A stretch of DNA of 64,000 bases. Origin: Octopus vulgaris. Taxonomy: Eukaryota. The stretch covers positions 76,942,001-77,006,000 of the forward strand of contig OX597825.1 of NCBI GenBank assembly GCA_951406725.2, written 5' to 3'. This document shows, piece after piece, positions 39,560 through 52,771 of the stretch. Each line of letters starts with the position of its first letter. Positions within the stretch are counted from its first letter, which is position 1. The notes below the pieces were generated by a model that did not search any database, was not told where the DNA came from, and saw only the letters and a program-made list of their open reading frames with translations. The translations under genes and the position numbers were made by a program.

Positions 39560-39720
39560 GTGTAGTAAGTAGCTTGCGTACCAACCACTTGGTACCAACC
39601 ACTTGGTTCTGGGTTCAGTCTCACTGTGTGGCACCTTGTGCAAGTGACTTCTACTATAGCCTCGGGCCGACCAAAGCCTTGTAAGTGGATTTGGTAGATG
39701 GAAACTGAAAGAAGCCCGTC

Positions 39721-39752
<32 letters not shown>

Positions 39753-39950
39753 CTGTGTCCGTGTCCCCACCACTGCTTGACAACTGATGTTGGTGTGTTT
39801 ACATCTCCATAACTTAGCAGTTCAGTGAAGGAGACTGATAGATAAATACAAGGCTTACAAAGAATAAGTTCTGGGATTGATTTGTTCAAGTAAAGGCGGG
39901 GCTCCAGCATGGCCACACTCAAATGACTGAAACAAATAAACAAATAAAAG
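39560..39950 (+). mobile_element. Family A SINE
   Basis: Homologous to the 8834 copy, with a small head duplication. Confidence 0.8.
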
Positions 39951-40204
39951 AAACATACACATTGATGCATAAATGTACATACCTCCAAACATACATATAT
40001 ATGCACGAATATCTATGGGTACATATACATACATGCAAGCACACAGATACTTCTACACATTCACACACAGCAACAAAATATACATACATGTGTTTGGTGT
40101 GTGAATAAGCCCTAGAGTCAATTTCTTTGACTAAAACTCTTTAAGGTGGTGCTCCAGCATGGCCACAGTAAAATGAGCAAAACAAGTGGAAGAATACAAG
40201 AAGA

Positions 40205-40395
40205 TAAATATCATTTGCCATGATAGATTGCTAGCCACTACACATTCTTTATTTTCTCTCGTTTCTTTCTGTGTTCCTTCTTGTGAAAGAGCATAGGCTC
40301 GAAACGTTAAAGACTTTTTCACTTCCTGAGTGTTAAACTAATACATCTGTTTGTTGTCTACACCACCTGTCTTTGTCTTTTGTGAATTCTCCCTA
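40205..40395 (+). mobile_element. H2-related element with degenerate hammerhead motif
   Basis: GAGC(atag)GCTC-GAAA-CG-TT-AAAG at about 40289-40312. Downstream CTTCCTGAG..AATAC resembles H2; ends at (TA)n. Confidence 0.55.
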
Positions 40396-40744
40396 TATAT
40401 ATATAAAATGGAGCAAAAACGCAATAGAGGACAATAAAACATTCGGACAGATAGGCGATACAAAGGCAGATATGAGAAACAACAATTAGAAGGACAGGCA
40501 AAAGCAGACGGGTCATTCGTAGCCTTCTTTCCTCATTCAAGCATACCAGAAATCCTTACTGTTTCGGGCGGTTTCACTTGATATATACACTAGAAATAGA
40601 ATTCAAAGATTCCTTAGCCACAAAAGGTTGCATGTTGTCTCCCCTGTCAGTTTAAATAGCACATGCGACATTTTGTATATACATAAGCAATTACAAGTTT
40701 TTTCAAATTCAGGTGTGAATGTGTGTAGCTATATGTGTGTTGGG

Positions 40745-41200
40745 TTACATACATACCAAACTAGTTTCAACAATTTTTTGTTTATCAGTGGTATAAATGT
40801 ATGGGATTTTAAAAAATTAAAAATTGCTAAGTAGAACACAAGTTTAAATGATTAAATGTTCACACATTTCAATAATATCAAAAAGGATTGGTGAAGAATA
40901 AAAAAATTGTGGATCACCAAAATTTTTGTCATTCTGAGTTAAGAGAGAGAAAAATAAGAAAGAAAGAGAGTTAAAAAGGGGGTTTTGTTACAGTTTCTCT
41001 CATCTTGCGTGGGATTCTTGAACATTTAGGGATTCACATTTTTTATATTCTTTGCTGACCATTTTTGATATTATTGAATTTTGTGAACATTTAATCAATT
41101 AAACAAGTTTTCTACTTCGCAATTTAAAATTTTAAAAATCCCATATGCTTATACCATTGATAAACAAAAAATTGTCGAAGCTAGTTTGGAATGTATGTAA
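40745..41200. mobile_element. Long foldback MITE
   Basis: Imperfect inverted arms of about 170-200 bp: TTACATACATACCAAACTAGTTTCAACAATTTTTTG... / ...CAAAAAATTGTCGAAGCTAGTTTGGAATGTATGTAA. Confidence 0.8.
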
Positions 41201-42678
41201 ATAAATTTATTTAAAAACAATTACAAGTTTTTCAAATTCAAATGCATTTTTCAAAATCAAATTCTCCTATATATATACACACACACATACATACACACAC
41301 ACACACACATACATACATACATACATACATGTGTTACTGTTTCCTTGCCCTGACATTGATAGTTGTAAATAGGTTTCATTGTCACAAAAGCAGTACCCTT
41401 CCTTCTCAGTCATCCCTTAAAACATTTCTGGTCTTGGTGACATGCTTCCCCTTGACTGGGAACAGGCAAGGGTTGGCAACAGGAAGAGCGTCTGGCCATA
41501 AACAATTCTGCATTAACAAAATTCTGTTCGACCCATATGAGGATGCAAAAATGGACATCAAAACAACGATGATGTTGATGATAATGTTGATGTTGGTAAT
41601 GATGACAATGATGATGAGGATTATGATAATAGCTATGATGGTAAAGAGGATGAGGAGGGGGAGGATGACGAAGGTAGTGATGAAGGTGATGATGATGATT
41701 GTGAGGAAGTTGATGATTATGATAATGATGGTGATGATAAATAATTATGATGATGGTGGTGGTGGTGGCTGCTGTTGCTGCTGCTGCTGTCCTCTTAACA
41801 CCCTGGCTGCTTTGTATTCATCCTTTTTTTTTACCACCCTTTATTTTTTCAGGGGTTACCTTGCAACTGTTCTGTTACCACGTTATAACCACCCTGTTAC
41901 TACCCTGTAACTATCCTCTACCATCTCTGTTTCCACTCTATAAACAACCAGTCATCAACACTGCCAATTCATTCCTACAATGTTTCCACCCTTTTACCAC
42001 CCTGTTATTAGAATGTTAGCCACCATTTTACTACCCTGTATTCCTCTTGTAGCCACCTTGTACCCCACTCTGATAGCACCCTACAATAATAATATCACCA
42101 CTATACACACACCTTGTGGACTCAATACTGCTACCCTGTTCCCACCCCATTTTCATCCTCTTACCACCCTGTGATATCCAGTTATGACTTTAAACCATCG
42201 TGGGCCTTGGTTCAGGAATTCCAGGGTTTTGAGGAGAGGGGAGCCACCTCTCAGCCATTATTGTTCCCAGGTCTAATCTAACCCAGGGTAGTTGCAACTG
42301 ACAAGGTCCCAGCTGTGGGTTAATCAGCAAGTCAGTGGGGCAGATGGATCTTGTTAGCCTGGAGATAAGGAGGGTTGGGGGTCAATCTGTCCGTGAGAAA
42401 GAAAACCTTGATTCCGAACCTCCACTACCTTGTGGCCATACCCAGTCTTGGAAAAGATTTCAAGAGTAAACCTTGAGGTATGTGTATGTGCATGTGTTGT
42501 GTGTGTGTGTGTTCTCATATCATGAAATTGTGATTGTTGTGAATGAAGGCCAAATTGATTGGCAAAATTAACTGCAATGGATCTATAATACTGTGTACTT
42601 TGATTAATATACCTACTTAATGAACAAATATATGAATGCCTTTTTTATTATGATTCATGGATTTTTAGTCGACTATTG

Positions 42679-42712
<34 letters not shown>

Positions 42713-42975
42713 GTATGTATGAATGTGTGTGTGTGTGTGTGTATATACACACCCCAACATACACATACACACGCATATTTAAAACAAAATAGGAAGTTGG
42801 AAAAATGTTTTGGTATTATTTATTCACCATTACACATGTTTCATTTGCTAATAGAAATCACAAAACTGTACATGTTGGATAAACATGAAAGATTTTCCTA
42901 TTAGAAATTCCTCAGAGAGAGAATCAAATAATACATATATACACACAAATGCACACATATATGTATGTATGTATG

Positions 42976-43006
<31 letters not shown>

Positions 43007-43032
43007 GTGTGTGTGTGTGTGTATATATATAT

Positions 43033-43099
<67 letters not shown>

Positions 43100-43198
43100 C
43101 GCACATGTATATACACACACACACACACATATGTATTTATGTATCCACTAAGCTGTTACTATGACTCTCATTTGTTCTGTTTGTCTATTAACCTTCAG

Positions 43199-43297
43199 GT
43201 TCCATTAACCCCTGCGCCAGTTTCAACTGCAGCTTCCCTTTCTGCAGTCTTTACTTCATCCCCTGTCAACTGCATCCCATGCAGCAGACACCTCCTG
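43199..43297 (+). CDS. Candidate 99-nt internal exon of an unidentified gene
   Basis: Acceptor tttgtctattaaccttcAG and donor CTG|GTAAGC; length divisible by 3; unique sequence, more GC-rich than the flanks. Two frames are open: VPLTPAPVSTAASLSAVFTSSPVNCIPCSRHLL and (G)SINPCASFNCSFPFCSLYFIPCQLHPMQQTPP. Confidence 0.4.
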
Positions 43298-43545
43298 GTA
43301 AGCCTGGATTGCACTGCAGTAGTGTGTGTGCACTGCGAGTTCACTCGATTAGTTGCTAAAGGCAACATGCAACAAACACCATGTATATACATTAATGTGT
43401 GCTTGCACCACATGTAGCATGTGCATCACATGAATATGCATTTGCACACATTCTATGCCAGGCACATGCAAGCTTTTACTAGCAGCAAGTTATGCTCTGC
43501 ATATCCTATATCTGAACACATTGCCAATAGAATATTTTATGAACC

Positions 43546-43762
43546 CAAGGCAGCAAGCTGGCAGATACATTAGAACGCAGGGCGAAATGCTTGGCAGTAT
43601 TTCGTCTGTCTTTACATTCTGAGTTCAAATTCTCCCGAGGTTGATTTCGCCTTTCCTCCTTTTGGGGCCGATAAATTAAGTACCAGTACATACTGGGGTC
43701 GATCTAATCGACTGGCCCCACTTCCCAGAAATTTCGGGCCTTGTGCCTGGAGTGGAAAAGAA
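43546..43762 (+). mobile_element. Family B SINE, diverged
   Basis: Homologous to the 34817 copy. Confidence 0.75.
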
Positions 43763-45542
43763 TATTTTATCAACCCTTTTGTTTCCATATTTCTGCTGAA
43801 ATATGCTGCCTTTTTTCTTTCTTTTTAATTTGTTTCAGTCATTAGACTGTGGCAATGCTGGGGCACCTCTTTGAAGAATTTTTTGTCGAATGTATTGACC
43901 CCCACCAGTACTTATTTTTTAAAAGCCTTGTACTTATCCTATCGGTCTCTTTTGCTATACTGTTAAGTTATGGGAACGTAAGCACACCAGCACTCATTGT
44001 CAAGTGGTTGTGGAGGGGGGACAAATGCAGACACACACTCACATGTGATGTGCTTCTTTCAGTTTCTGTCTATTAAATCCTCCCACAAGACTTTGGTCAA
44101 CCTGAGGCTATAGTAGAAGACACCTGACCAAGATGCCCAGCAGTGGGACTGAACCCAGAACCATTTGGTTGGGAAACAAGCTTCTTACCACACAGCTATT
44201 CTGGCACTTTTCATTTCAATAGGTTTTTAAAATATTGAAGAATTTGGTAAAATGACTTGGCCCTTAATAGACTAGGCTCTCTTCTTCTTTTGTTTGGCAA
44301 CATGTTGTCTCACGAGTTACTTGGCAATTTTTTTCACTGGTGTTATGTAAAAAGCAGCCAGTCCATTCTGTAAAGTAGTTGGCATTAAAAAGGACATCTA
44401 ACCATAGAAAATATGCCAAAACAGACTCTGGATCTTGATGCAGTCCTCTGGCTCATCAGATCCTGTCAAATTGTCCCATCCATGGTGCCAGAGAAGATAG
44501 TTGTTAACCCTCTCGCATTCAAATTATTCTGTCAAATTTAATGCTTACTGATTCATGTTCTGTTGTATATTTCATGCATTATCTTGTAGGCTTGAGATTT
44601 CAATGATGTGTTTGATTAGTTTTAGGATGACATTGTGGGTGAGGCACGAGAGGCATGATCTGGCCAGTCAGAACATAAAACAGAATATCTGGGCTGGGTG
44701 TGGCCGGTTTAGATGCTAAGGATGTTGAGGATGATTCTACCAGATTTTGGTTTATCTTTTATCTTTTACTTCTTTCAGTCATTAGACAGTGACCATGCTG
44801 GAGCATGGGGCACTGCCTTGAAGAATTTTTCGTTGAATGAATTGACCCCGCTACTTTTTTTTAAAGTCTGGTTCTTATTCTATTGGTCTCTTTTACTGAA
44901 CCACTAAGTTATGGGGACATAGACACACCAACACCAGTTGTCAATTGGTGGTGAGAAGACAAACACAGACACAAAGGCACACACACACACACACACATCG
45001 TATATGTAAATATATATGATGGGCTTCTTTCAGTTTCCATCTACCACGCCCACTCACAAGGCTTTGGTCAGCCCGAGGTTATAGTAGAAGACACATGTCC
45101 AAGGTGTCGTGGGATTGAACCCTGAACCATGAGATTGGGAAGCAAGCTTCTTACCACACAACCACACCTGCACCTGTTTTCTGTCATAAATTTTTCTGTA
45201 GGGAAAGATTTTTAAAATGATTTCTGCATTTGAGCCTGGTTAACTCAACTCTCTACAAGTGCTAAATTTATATTTTTCTTCATTTTTTTTGTTTTGTTTT
45301 GTTGTGTTACTTGCATTTGAATCTACATATAAAGTTGCTATTAAAAAAAGTGTCCTAATTTGAACCTGTATATAAAAAATAAAAAAAAGAGAGAAAAAAG
45401 TCATGTTTGTTCAGTTGTTACCATATTATCAAATGACATGAAATCAATGGCTGCAAGACACGACCACCACCTGGAAAAGTGAAGCCAATAAACATAAAAA
45501 AAAATAAATAAAGTAATACAAAATAAAATAACCAATCAGTTT

Positions 45543-45858
45543 ACATTATTTACATTTGACGGATATTTGTCCTCATCTTGTTTGTTGTTAACACAACGTT
45601 TCGGCTGATATACTCTCCAGCCTTCATCAGGTGTCTTTGGGAAATTTCGAACCTGGGTTCTCATTCCTAAGGTTCTCAAACCTGAGTTCTCATACCTTAG
45701 GAATGAGAACCCAGGTTCGAAATTTCCCCAAGACACCTGAAGAAGGCTGGAGGGTATATCAGCCAAAACGTTGTGTTAACAACAAACAAGATGAGGACAA
45801 ATATCCGTTGAATGTAAATAATGTAAATAATTCCTCATCTCTTAAATATATATTACTG
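45543..45858. mobile_element. Family H1 inverted-repeat element with 13-bp TSD
   Basis: Arms at about 45543-45672 (-) and 45694-45858 (+). Flanked by AACCAATCAGTTT at 45530-45542 and 45859-45871. Confidence 0.85.
45590..45635 (-). ncRNA. Minimal type-I hammerhead ribozyme motif, intact core
   Basis: Minus strand GACAC-CTGATGA-A-GGCTG(gagagtatat)CAGCC-GAAA-CG-TT-GTGTT. Confidence 0.8.
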
Positions 45859-47569
45859 AACCAATCAGTTTCTTTGCCTATCATGTTTAACCATAGCTTT
45901 AAAATATTTCATATGAAAAAATATTTACTATGGTAAATAGCCTAATATATGTGGTAAATATATGAGTCTGTTTGTGTGTGTACGGGTGTATGCACGTTTG
46001 TGTGTGTGTGCATATGTTTGTGTTTTTAAACACTGAAAGGATATCTTTGGTTTGACAGTTTTAATTTGTTAACTCTGTTGTTAACCATATTTCTGAAGAC
46101 TTTAGTAAAATAATTCTGTCATTATTAAACTGTTGTTTCGAACATAACTTAATATGAAATTTTGATGGAATCATTTTTAACCCTTTTGGTAGCATATTTT
46201 TAATGAAATACACTGTGTTTGTTTCAATAAATTTTTTAAAATATAGAAGAATTTATTGAAAAAGCTTTGTTATCATTAATCTTGTGTTTGAAACCTAAAT
46301 TGACATAAAATTTTGATGGAAGATCTCTTTAAAACAGGAAGTTTGTGTTACAGAACCTGAAGAAGTCTCAGGTGAATTACAGAACAAATAGACTGATAAC
46401 CAGACATTATTTAACCATTTTCTTTCCATATTTCTGAAGAATTTAGTAAAATAACTTTGTCATTGTTAAGGTGATATTTGGAATGTAAATCAACCTGAAA
46501 TTTTGATGGAAAATTTTTAATTTAGAGGATTTTAAAACTGAGCATTTGTATCACAAAACCAGGAGCAACCTCATTTTGGTATTGGAAAAATTCTGAAGTT
46601 TTTCATATAGATTCCTTTAAATGAGAAATTTGATTGTAGAACCACAGGTGGTCACAAGTGGGTTGGTATCGAAAGAGTTAAATAACAATATTCTTTGGTT
46701 TTGTCAGGTGTGTTATGTAAGGATGTGGTTTTGATAAATGATGTTTACTTTGCAACTTTCTGTAAAATGTTTGGTATTAGGAAAGACATCCAGCTATAGA
46801 AACCATGCCCAAGCAGATGCTGGAGTACCATGTGGTCCTCAGACTTATCGGATGCTGTGGAACTGTCCAACCTGTGCTTGTAGAACAGGTGTTAATAATA
46901 TTGATGATATTGATATCGATGATGCTGATGACGATGATTATGATGATGATGATTGTAATGATGATGGTGATGGTGACAATGTCAATGATGGCAATGATGA
47001 TGATGATGTAAGAACCTCAAAACAAGTGATTTATGGTATTAGTTGTGGATGACTGCATTCTGAGATTAAACCTCAACATAGCTTTTCTGGGTGATAGACT
47101 TTATCCATCAGTCATATCAGCACCACTACTTGGAACCTTGGCTTGCTCTTGCAGTCTCTGCAATCAGTTGAAGCATTCAGGTGATGTTTCCAGTTTGAAG
47201 ACCCCCTTCTCCCTTCCAGCTTTGGAGTCTTCATAAATAAGTTCTGGGCCCTCTATTAACTAAAAGATGAAGAAAAATAAAATTGAATTAAAAAAACCAA
47301 TTTATGCAGTAATTTTCAGAATACAAACCAGTGTAGTATATAGTGTGAACATCATCATCATCGTCATCGTTTAACATCTGCTTTCAATGCTGGCATGGGT
47401 CGGAGGATTTGACATGGAGCTGGCTTGCAGGGAGCTGTCCAGATTCCAATTGTCTATTGTGACATGGTTTCTGTGGCCGGATGCCCTTCTGAACGCTAAC
47501 CCCTTAACAAAGTGTGCTGGGACCCTTTTACATGCCACTGCCACAGGTACATTTATGTAGCACTGACAC

Positions 47570-47945
47570 CTGAAAGGACAAGACTGTGTGTGTGGAAAGA
47601 CAAGCTTGTATGTGTGGAAGAACAAGCCTGTGCGTGTGGAAGGACAAGTCTGTATGCGTGGAAAGATAAGCCTGTATGTGTGGAAAGATAAGCCTGTATG
47701 TGTGGAATGACAAGCCTGTATGTGTGGAAAGACAAGCCTCTGTGTGTGTGGAAAGACAAACCTGTGTGTGTGGAAGGACAAGCCTGTGTGTGTGGAAAGA
47801 CAAGCCTGTGTGTGTGGAAGAACAAGCCTGTGTGTGTGGAAAGACAAGCCTGTATGTGTGGAAAGACAAGCCTGTGTGTGTGGAAGGACAAGCCTGTGCG
47901 TATGGAAAGACAAGCCTGTGTGTGTGTGGAAGAACAAGCCTGTAT
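47570..47945. repeat. ~22-bp minisatellite TGTGTGGAAAGACAAGCCTGTG
   Basis: Directly visible; about 16-17 units. Confidence 0.9.
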
Positions 47946-48139
47946 GTAAACATGTCATGTGAATATCTAAACATTGTCCCTATGTTTCTAAATCCTGTGG
48001 CATCCCACATGAAATTTTTGGTCCTCCAAAGTCATCTTGGTGTATATGTGAACCCTACATATGTTTGGTTGTAGGTTCCAACTTGCCTGCTGGAAAATAC
48101 AGTAAGCATGCAATCAATGCTATACACCTGTGTATAACT

Positions 48140-48469
48140 AACTGGCACTCCGTTGCTTATGATGACGAGGGTTCCACTTGACCTGATCAATGAAACAGCC
48201 TGCCCGTGAAATTAATGTGCAAGTGGCGGAGCACTCTATAGACATGTGTACCTTCAATGTAGCACTCAGGGAGATTCAGAATGACACAGAGTATGTCATG
48301 GTTGGCCCTTTGAAATACAGGTACTACTCATTTTTGCCAGCTGAGTGGACTGGAACAGCGTGAAATAATAAAGTGTCTTGCTCAAGGACACAATGCATCA
48401 CCAAGAATTGAACCCACGACCTTATGATTGTGAACCGAATACCCTAACCACTAAACCACTTGCCTTCAC
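48140..48469 (-). mobile_element. Family E tRNA-headed CORE-like SINE
   Basis: Minus strand AGTGGTTAGGGTATTCGG..GGGTTCAATTC..TGTGTCCTTGAGCAAGACACTTT..CCAGTCCACTCAGCTGG. Confidence 0.75.
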
Positions 48470-48837
48470 ACATCTGTGCATATATCTCCATCATCCAAAT
48501 TATTTGTGATATCCATGGTGTGAGTTGACATGCATATTGTATTTTTCCAGAATTCAAGCTCATGTGGCATGTTGTGTAAACATGTAATGTAAACATCCAA
48601 ACATTATCTCTATCTTTCCAAATCCTGCTGCATTTTACAAGGAATTTTTCACCCCCAAAAGTCGTCTTAGTGTGTAAGCTGACCAATCTACTTTTTTTTT
48701 TTTTTTTTGGCTGTAAATTATGGCTTGAAAATTTCAACTTCTCCCTGAAGATACTGTGGATCACTTCATAATAAGGAAGTCTCTTTAATTTCATAGCTGT
48801 ATGAGTGATCTCCAACCGGTCGGTATCTTTTAGATCC

Positions 48838-49070
48838 TGGCAATGAGCTGGCAGAAATGTTAGCACACCGGGCGAAATGCGCAGCCGTATTTCGTCTGCC
48901 ATTACGTTCCGAGTTCAAATTCTGCCAAGGTCGACTTTGCCTTTCATCCTTTCGGGGTCGATAAATTAGGTACCAGTTATGCACTGGGGTCGATGTAATC
49001 GACTGAATCCGTTTGTCTGTCCTCGTTTGTCCTCTCTGTGTTTAACCCCTTGTGGGTAGTAAAGAAATAG
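48838..49070 (+). mobile_element. Family B SINE
   Basis: Homologous to the 34817 copy; flanked by a repeated GGTATCTTTTAGATCCTGG. Confidence 0.85.
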
Positions 49071-50219
49071 GTATCTTTTAGATCCTGGTGTTGGAAGCAG
49101 GGGTAAAGAAAGTATTCATGTGCTGGGTATGTTTACTGTTACACAAAACTCAACGCTCTCTATCAATGGCTCACAGTCAATTGCTCACAAACAATTACCC
49201 ATAATCAATTACTGCTGTCAACTCGACATCAGTCCACTTTTAGTCACATGGGGGTGGTCAGAATCCTTTGACTAGAATATCTAAAGAGTTAAAGTAATAT
49301 CCCTTAGAAGCAAACCCTTTTACATTCTTTGTTCATATGTTGTAATTTCTATTCATTTCTGGGTCCCAAGAGTTCTGATACGAAATTGCCTCCCAAATTA
49401 ACTAATGCCATTCCAATTAGGATGTTTGGTTTTCCAAAGTCATCTTGGGGTATAAGTTGACCTAAACCAATTTATCTGTAAATTTTGGTCGAGAAAATAT
49501 GGTAACCTCAAAGAATGAAAGTCAAAGTTGACCTTGGCAACATTTGAAATCAGAGCTAAGAGAACTGGAGTATATTCTATACACAAGATGTCTTGTCTGA
49601 TGCTCTGGCAAACTCTGCCAATTTGCAGCCTTACTTGTATGTTTCTAGGAATTCACTTTACCATTTCTTGCATGTTAATGCGATGGGAATGGATTTTGTA
49701 AAATTTAATGGGAAACTTAAATCGAAACTTTAGTAGAAGAAAGCAAGAAGGAAAAGCAGGAATCCCACCCAATTTTAATGTAAATTGATTTTTAAATACA
49801 TTTCCGTTAATGTGTTCTGCTGTTGACATGTTAATATAGCTGTCATCATCATCATCATCGTCATCATCGTCATAGTCATCTTTGTCATCATCATCATCGT
49901 CATTTTCACATCTGCTTTCACGTGCTTGCATGGGTTGGACAGAACTCATTCAGGCAAATTTGATTTTTCTAATGGCCGGATGCCCTGCCTCTCACCAACC
50001 CTCACCTGCTCCCCCGAAGAAAGGTCATATTTTCCCCATGGCTGGACAAGCTTACATCGAAGATGGAAGATGATTGGCAGCAACATTTGCTTACAACTGC
50101 CATGTGATGTAAAGATAAAGACACCCCACCCAACACATATATGCATTTAAACATACATGCATTCACACACACTCATATATATTTACTAGCAGTATCGCCT
50201 GGCGTTGCTCGGGTTTATA

Positions 50220-50319
50220 NNNNNNNNNNNNNNNNNNNNNNNNNNNNNNNNNNNNNNNNNNNNNNNNNNNNNNNNNNNNNNNNNNNNNNNNNNNNNNNNN
50301 NNNNNNNNNNNNNNNNNNN
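50220..50319. other. Assembly gap (100 N)
   Basis: Run of n; adjoins a Helitron 3' end. Confidence 1.
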
Positions 50320-52485
50320 GCATCAATTTTGAGATTTAATTAATTTTTTTTAAACTAATTAATCAATTAAGAATTTAGAGAGATTTAAGGAAAGTAATTG
50401 AATTTTTTTTTGTTATCAAGACTTTTCTTAATATAGAATTATGTTGCAAAGTTTAATTTGAACAGATTTTTACTTGATGGTGCCATGTGGAAAGCCCCCA
50501 GCATGCTCTCTGTAAATTGGCTGGCATAAAGAAGGTCATCCAGCCATGGAAACAGACAAATGGAGCCTAGGCAGCTCTCCAGCTGGCCACCTCTTGTCAA
50601 ACTGTTCAACTCCTGCCAGCACGGAAAACAAATGTTACATGATGATGATGATGATGATGAAGAATGTGATGATGATGTTGATGAAGGTGATGATGTAGGT
50701 GTGTGGATGAGATGCTTGTTTGTAACCATATGGGATGAAGTTCAGCTCCATTGCACAGTACCTTGGGCAAGTATCTTCTCCTATAGCCTTGGGTCAACCA
50801 AACCAAAGCTAGATTCTTTTTTTTTTCACAGAAACTTGGAAACTGTTATGGAGATAATGCTAATAATACTGCAACACGCCTCCTGTGCGATGAGTGGTAT
50901 GTACTAGTCATTACAAATACTGTGACATAGGAAATCAAGTCATCAAGAAGTCTGAGAAGTCGGTCATAGATAGAGTAGATGTTACAACAGTCCAATGTTG
51001 GATTACAACGGAAACGAACAACCTCACTTGTATGACAGTGATGCTCATTTACAACCATCACATCATCACATAAGGCAAGACAAGGGTGTACATACAGATT
51101 TCTTCCAGTTACTGCCAACCAAATCCACTCAAAGACATTTGTTGGTGCCCTGGGTTATAATGGAAAGCACTTGCCCATGGTTCTGTGGAACAGGACTGAA
51201 CCCAATGCTTCATGATTTGAAAAGATACTCCTTAATCATACAGCAATGTAATTATTGTCTATGGTTTAGCCAGATTATTCTAGACCGTGACCCCCCCCTC
51301 TCAAAGAAGTCCATATTGCTGGGTTTCTTATGAAATAAGCATGCCATCAAAAGCAGATCAGAACTACATGCTGCTCCCAAGATGGAATAATAAACTGATA
51401 GGAATGAGAAAGACCAACAGAATACTACCAGTGAGTTTGAACTCACTACCTTTGATTTTGTAAAAGTGGTAAGCTGGCAGAACCATTAGCACTCCAGGAA
51501 AAATGCTTATTGGCATTTCGTCCATCTTTGCATACTGAGTTCAAATTTCACTGGGGTCAGCTTTGACTTTTATCCTTTTGAGGTCAATGAAATAAGTACC
51601 AGTTATGCACTGGGGTTAATGTAATCAACTGTCAGACTCTCCCCAAATTTCAGGCCTTGTGCCTGTAGTAGAAAGAATTTTGTAGAACTAAACTTCATTC
51701 CCTTGACTGCGACATGTCATCATCATCATCATCATCATGAGCATCACTGTTATTTAACATTTGCTTTTCCATACTTGCATGAGTCAGAAAGGACAGAATG
51801 TGTTGAGGCAGATTTTCTATGGTCAGGTGCCTTTCCAATTGCCAACCCTCACATGTTTCCATATAAGGTGAAGCAAAGGGTAAAAACCCACTTCAGTTAT
51901 GAATGACCATGGAATTTGCCCCTAGAAAATTCCCCTCCAAGGCAAGGTTGTTTATGAAAGACCAGCAGTTGCCCATGCTGTGTGTTGTGTTCTTGAGCAA
52001 GACACTTTATTTCACATTGCCCCAGTTCACTCAGCTGTAGAAATGAGTTGCGACATCACTGATGCCAAGCTGTATCGGCCCCTTTGCCTTTCCCTTGGAT
52101 AACATTGGTGACACAGAGAGGAGGAGGCTGGTATGCATGGGTGACTGCTGGTCTTCCATAAAAAGAACCTTGCTTGGACTTGTGTCTTGTAGCAGAACAC
52201 TCTAGGTGCAATCCCATGGTCATTCATGACCGAAGGGAGTCTTTACCCTTACCCTTTTATATATAAATATAACTTATTTGCAGGATCGAAATGAATAAAG
52301 ATATTTTAACAGTAAGGACATCAAGTTAGGGTCGAGAATAGCATATCTGTGTATCAACAGTATATATGGATATCCACAGTTATATTAATGAACATATGGG
52401 CTTGCCCTACCAATTATATACACATGAACAGATCAACACATCCATTGATATAATATAATATAATAATATATATATATATATATGT

Positions 52486-52771
52486 GGAGGCGCAATGGCC
52501 CAGTGGTTAGGGCAGCAGACTCGCGGTCGCAAAATCGCGGTTTCGATTCCCAGACCGGGCGTTGTGAGTGTTTATTGAGCAAAAACATCTAAAAGCTCCA
52601 CGTCGCTCCGGCAAGGGGTGGTGATCCCTGCTGTACTCTTTCACCATTCTTTCTCCCACTCTTTCTTCTGTTGGCCTGCTCGCTTAGCCAGCGGGGTGGC
52701 GTCATTCAAAGGCTAAAACAATGCGAACGCATTGTGACCAGCGATGTGTAGCAACATCTGATGGTCTGGTC
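52486..52771 (+). mobile_element. Family D tRNA-derived SINE
   Basis: Homologous to the 15736 copy. Confidence 0.85.

Noticed and set aside
52486-52560. Possible tRNA gene (also 15736 and the family A heads)
   Set aside because: No complete acceptor stem, and the sequence continues into a repeated SINE body.
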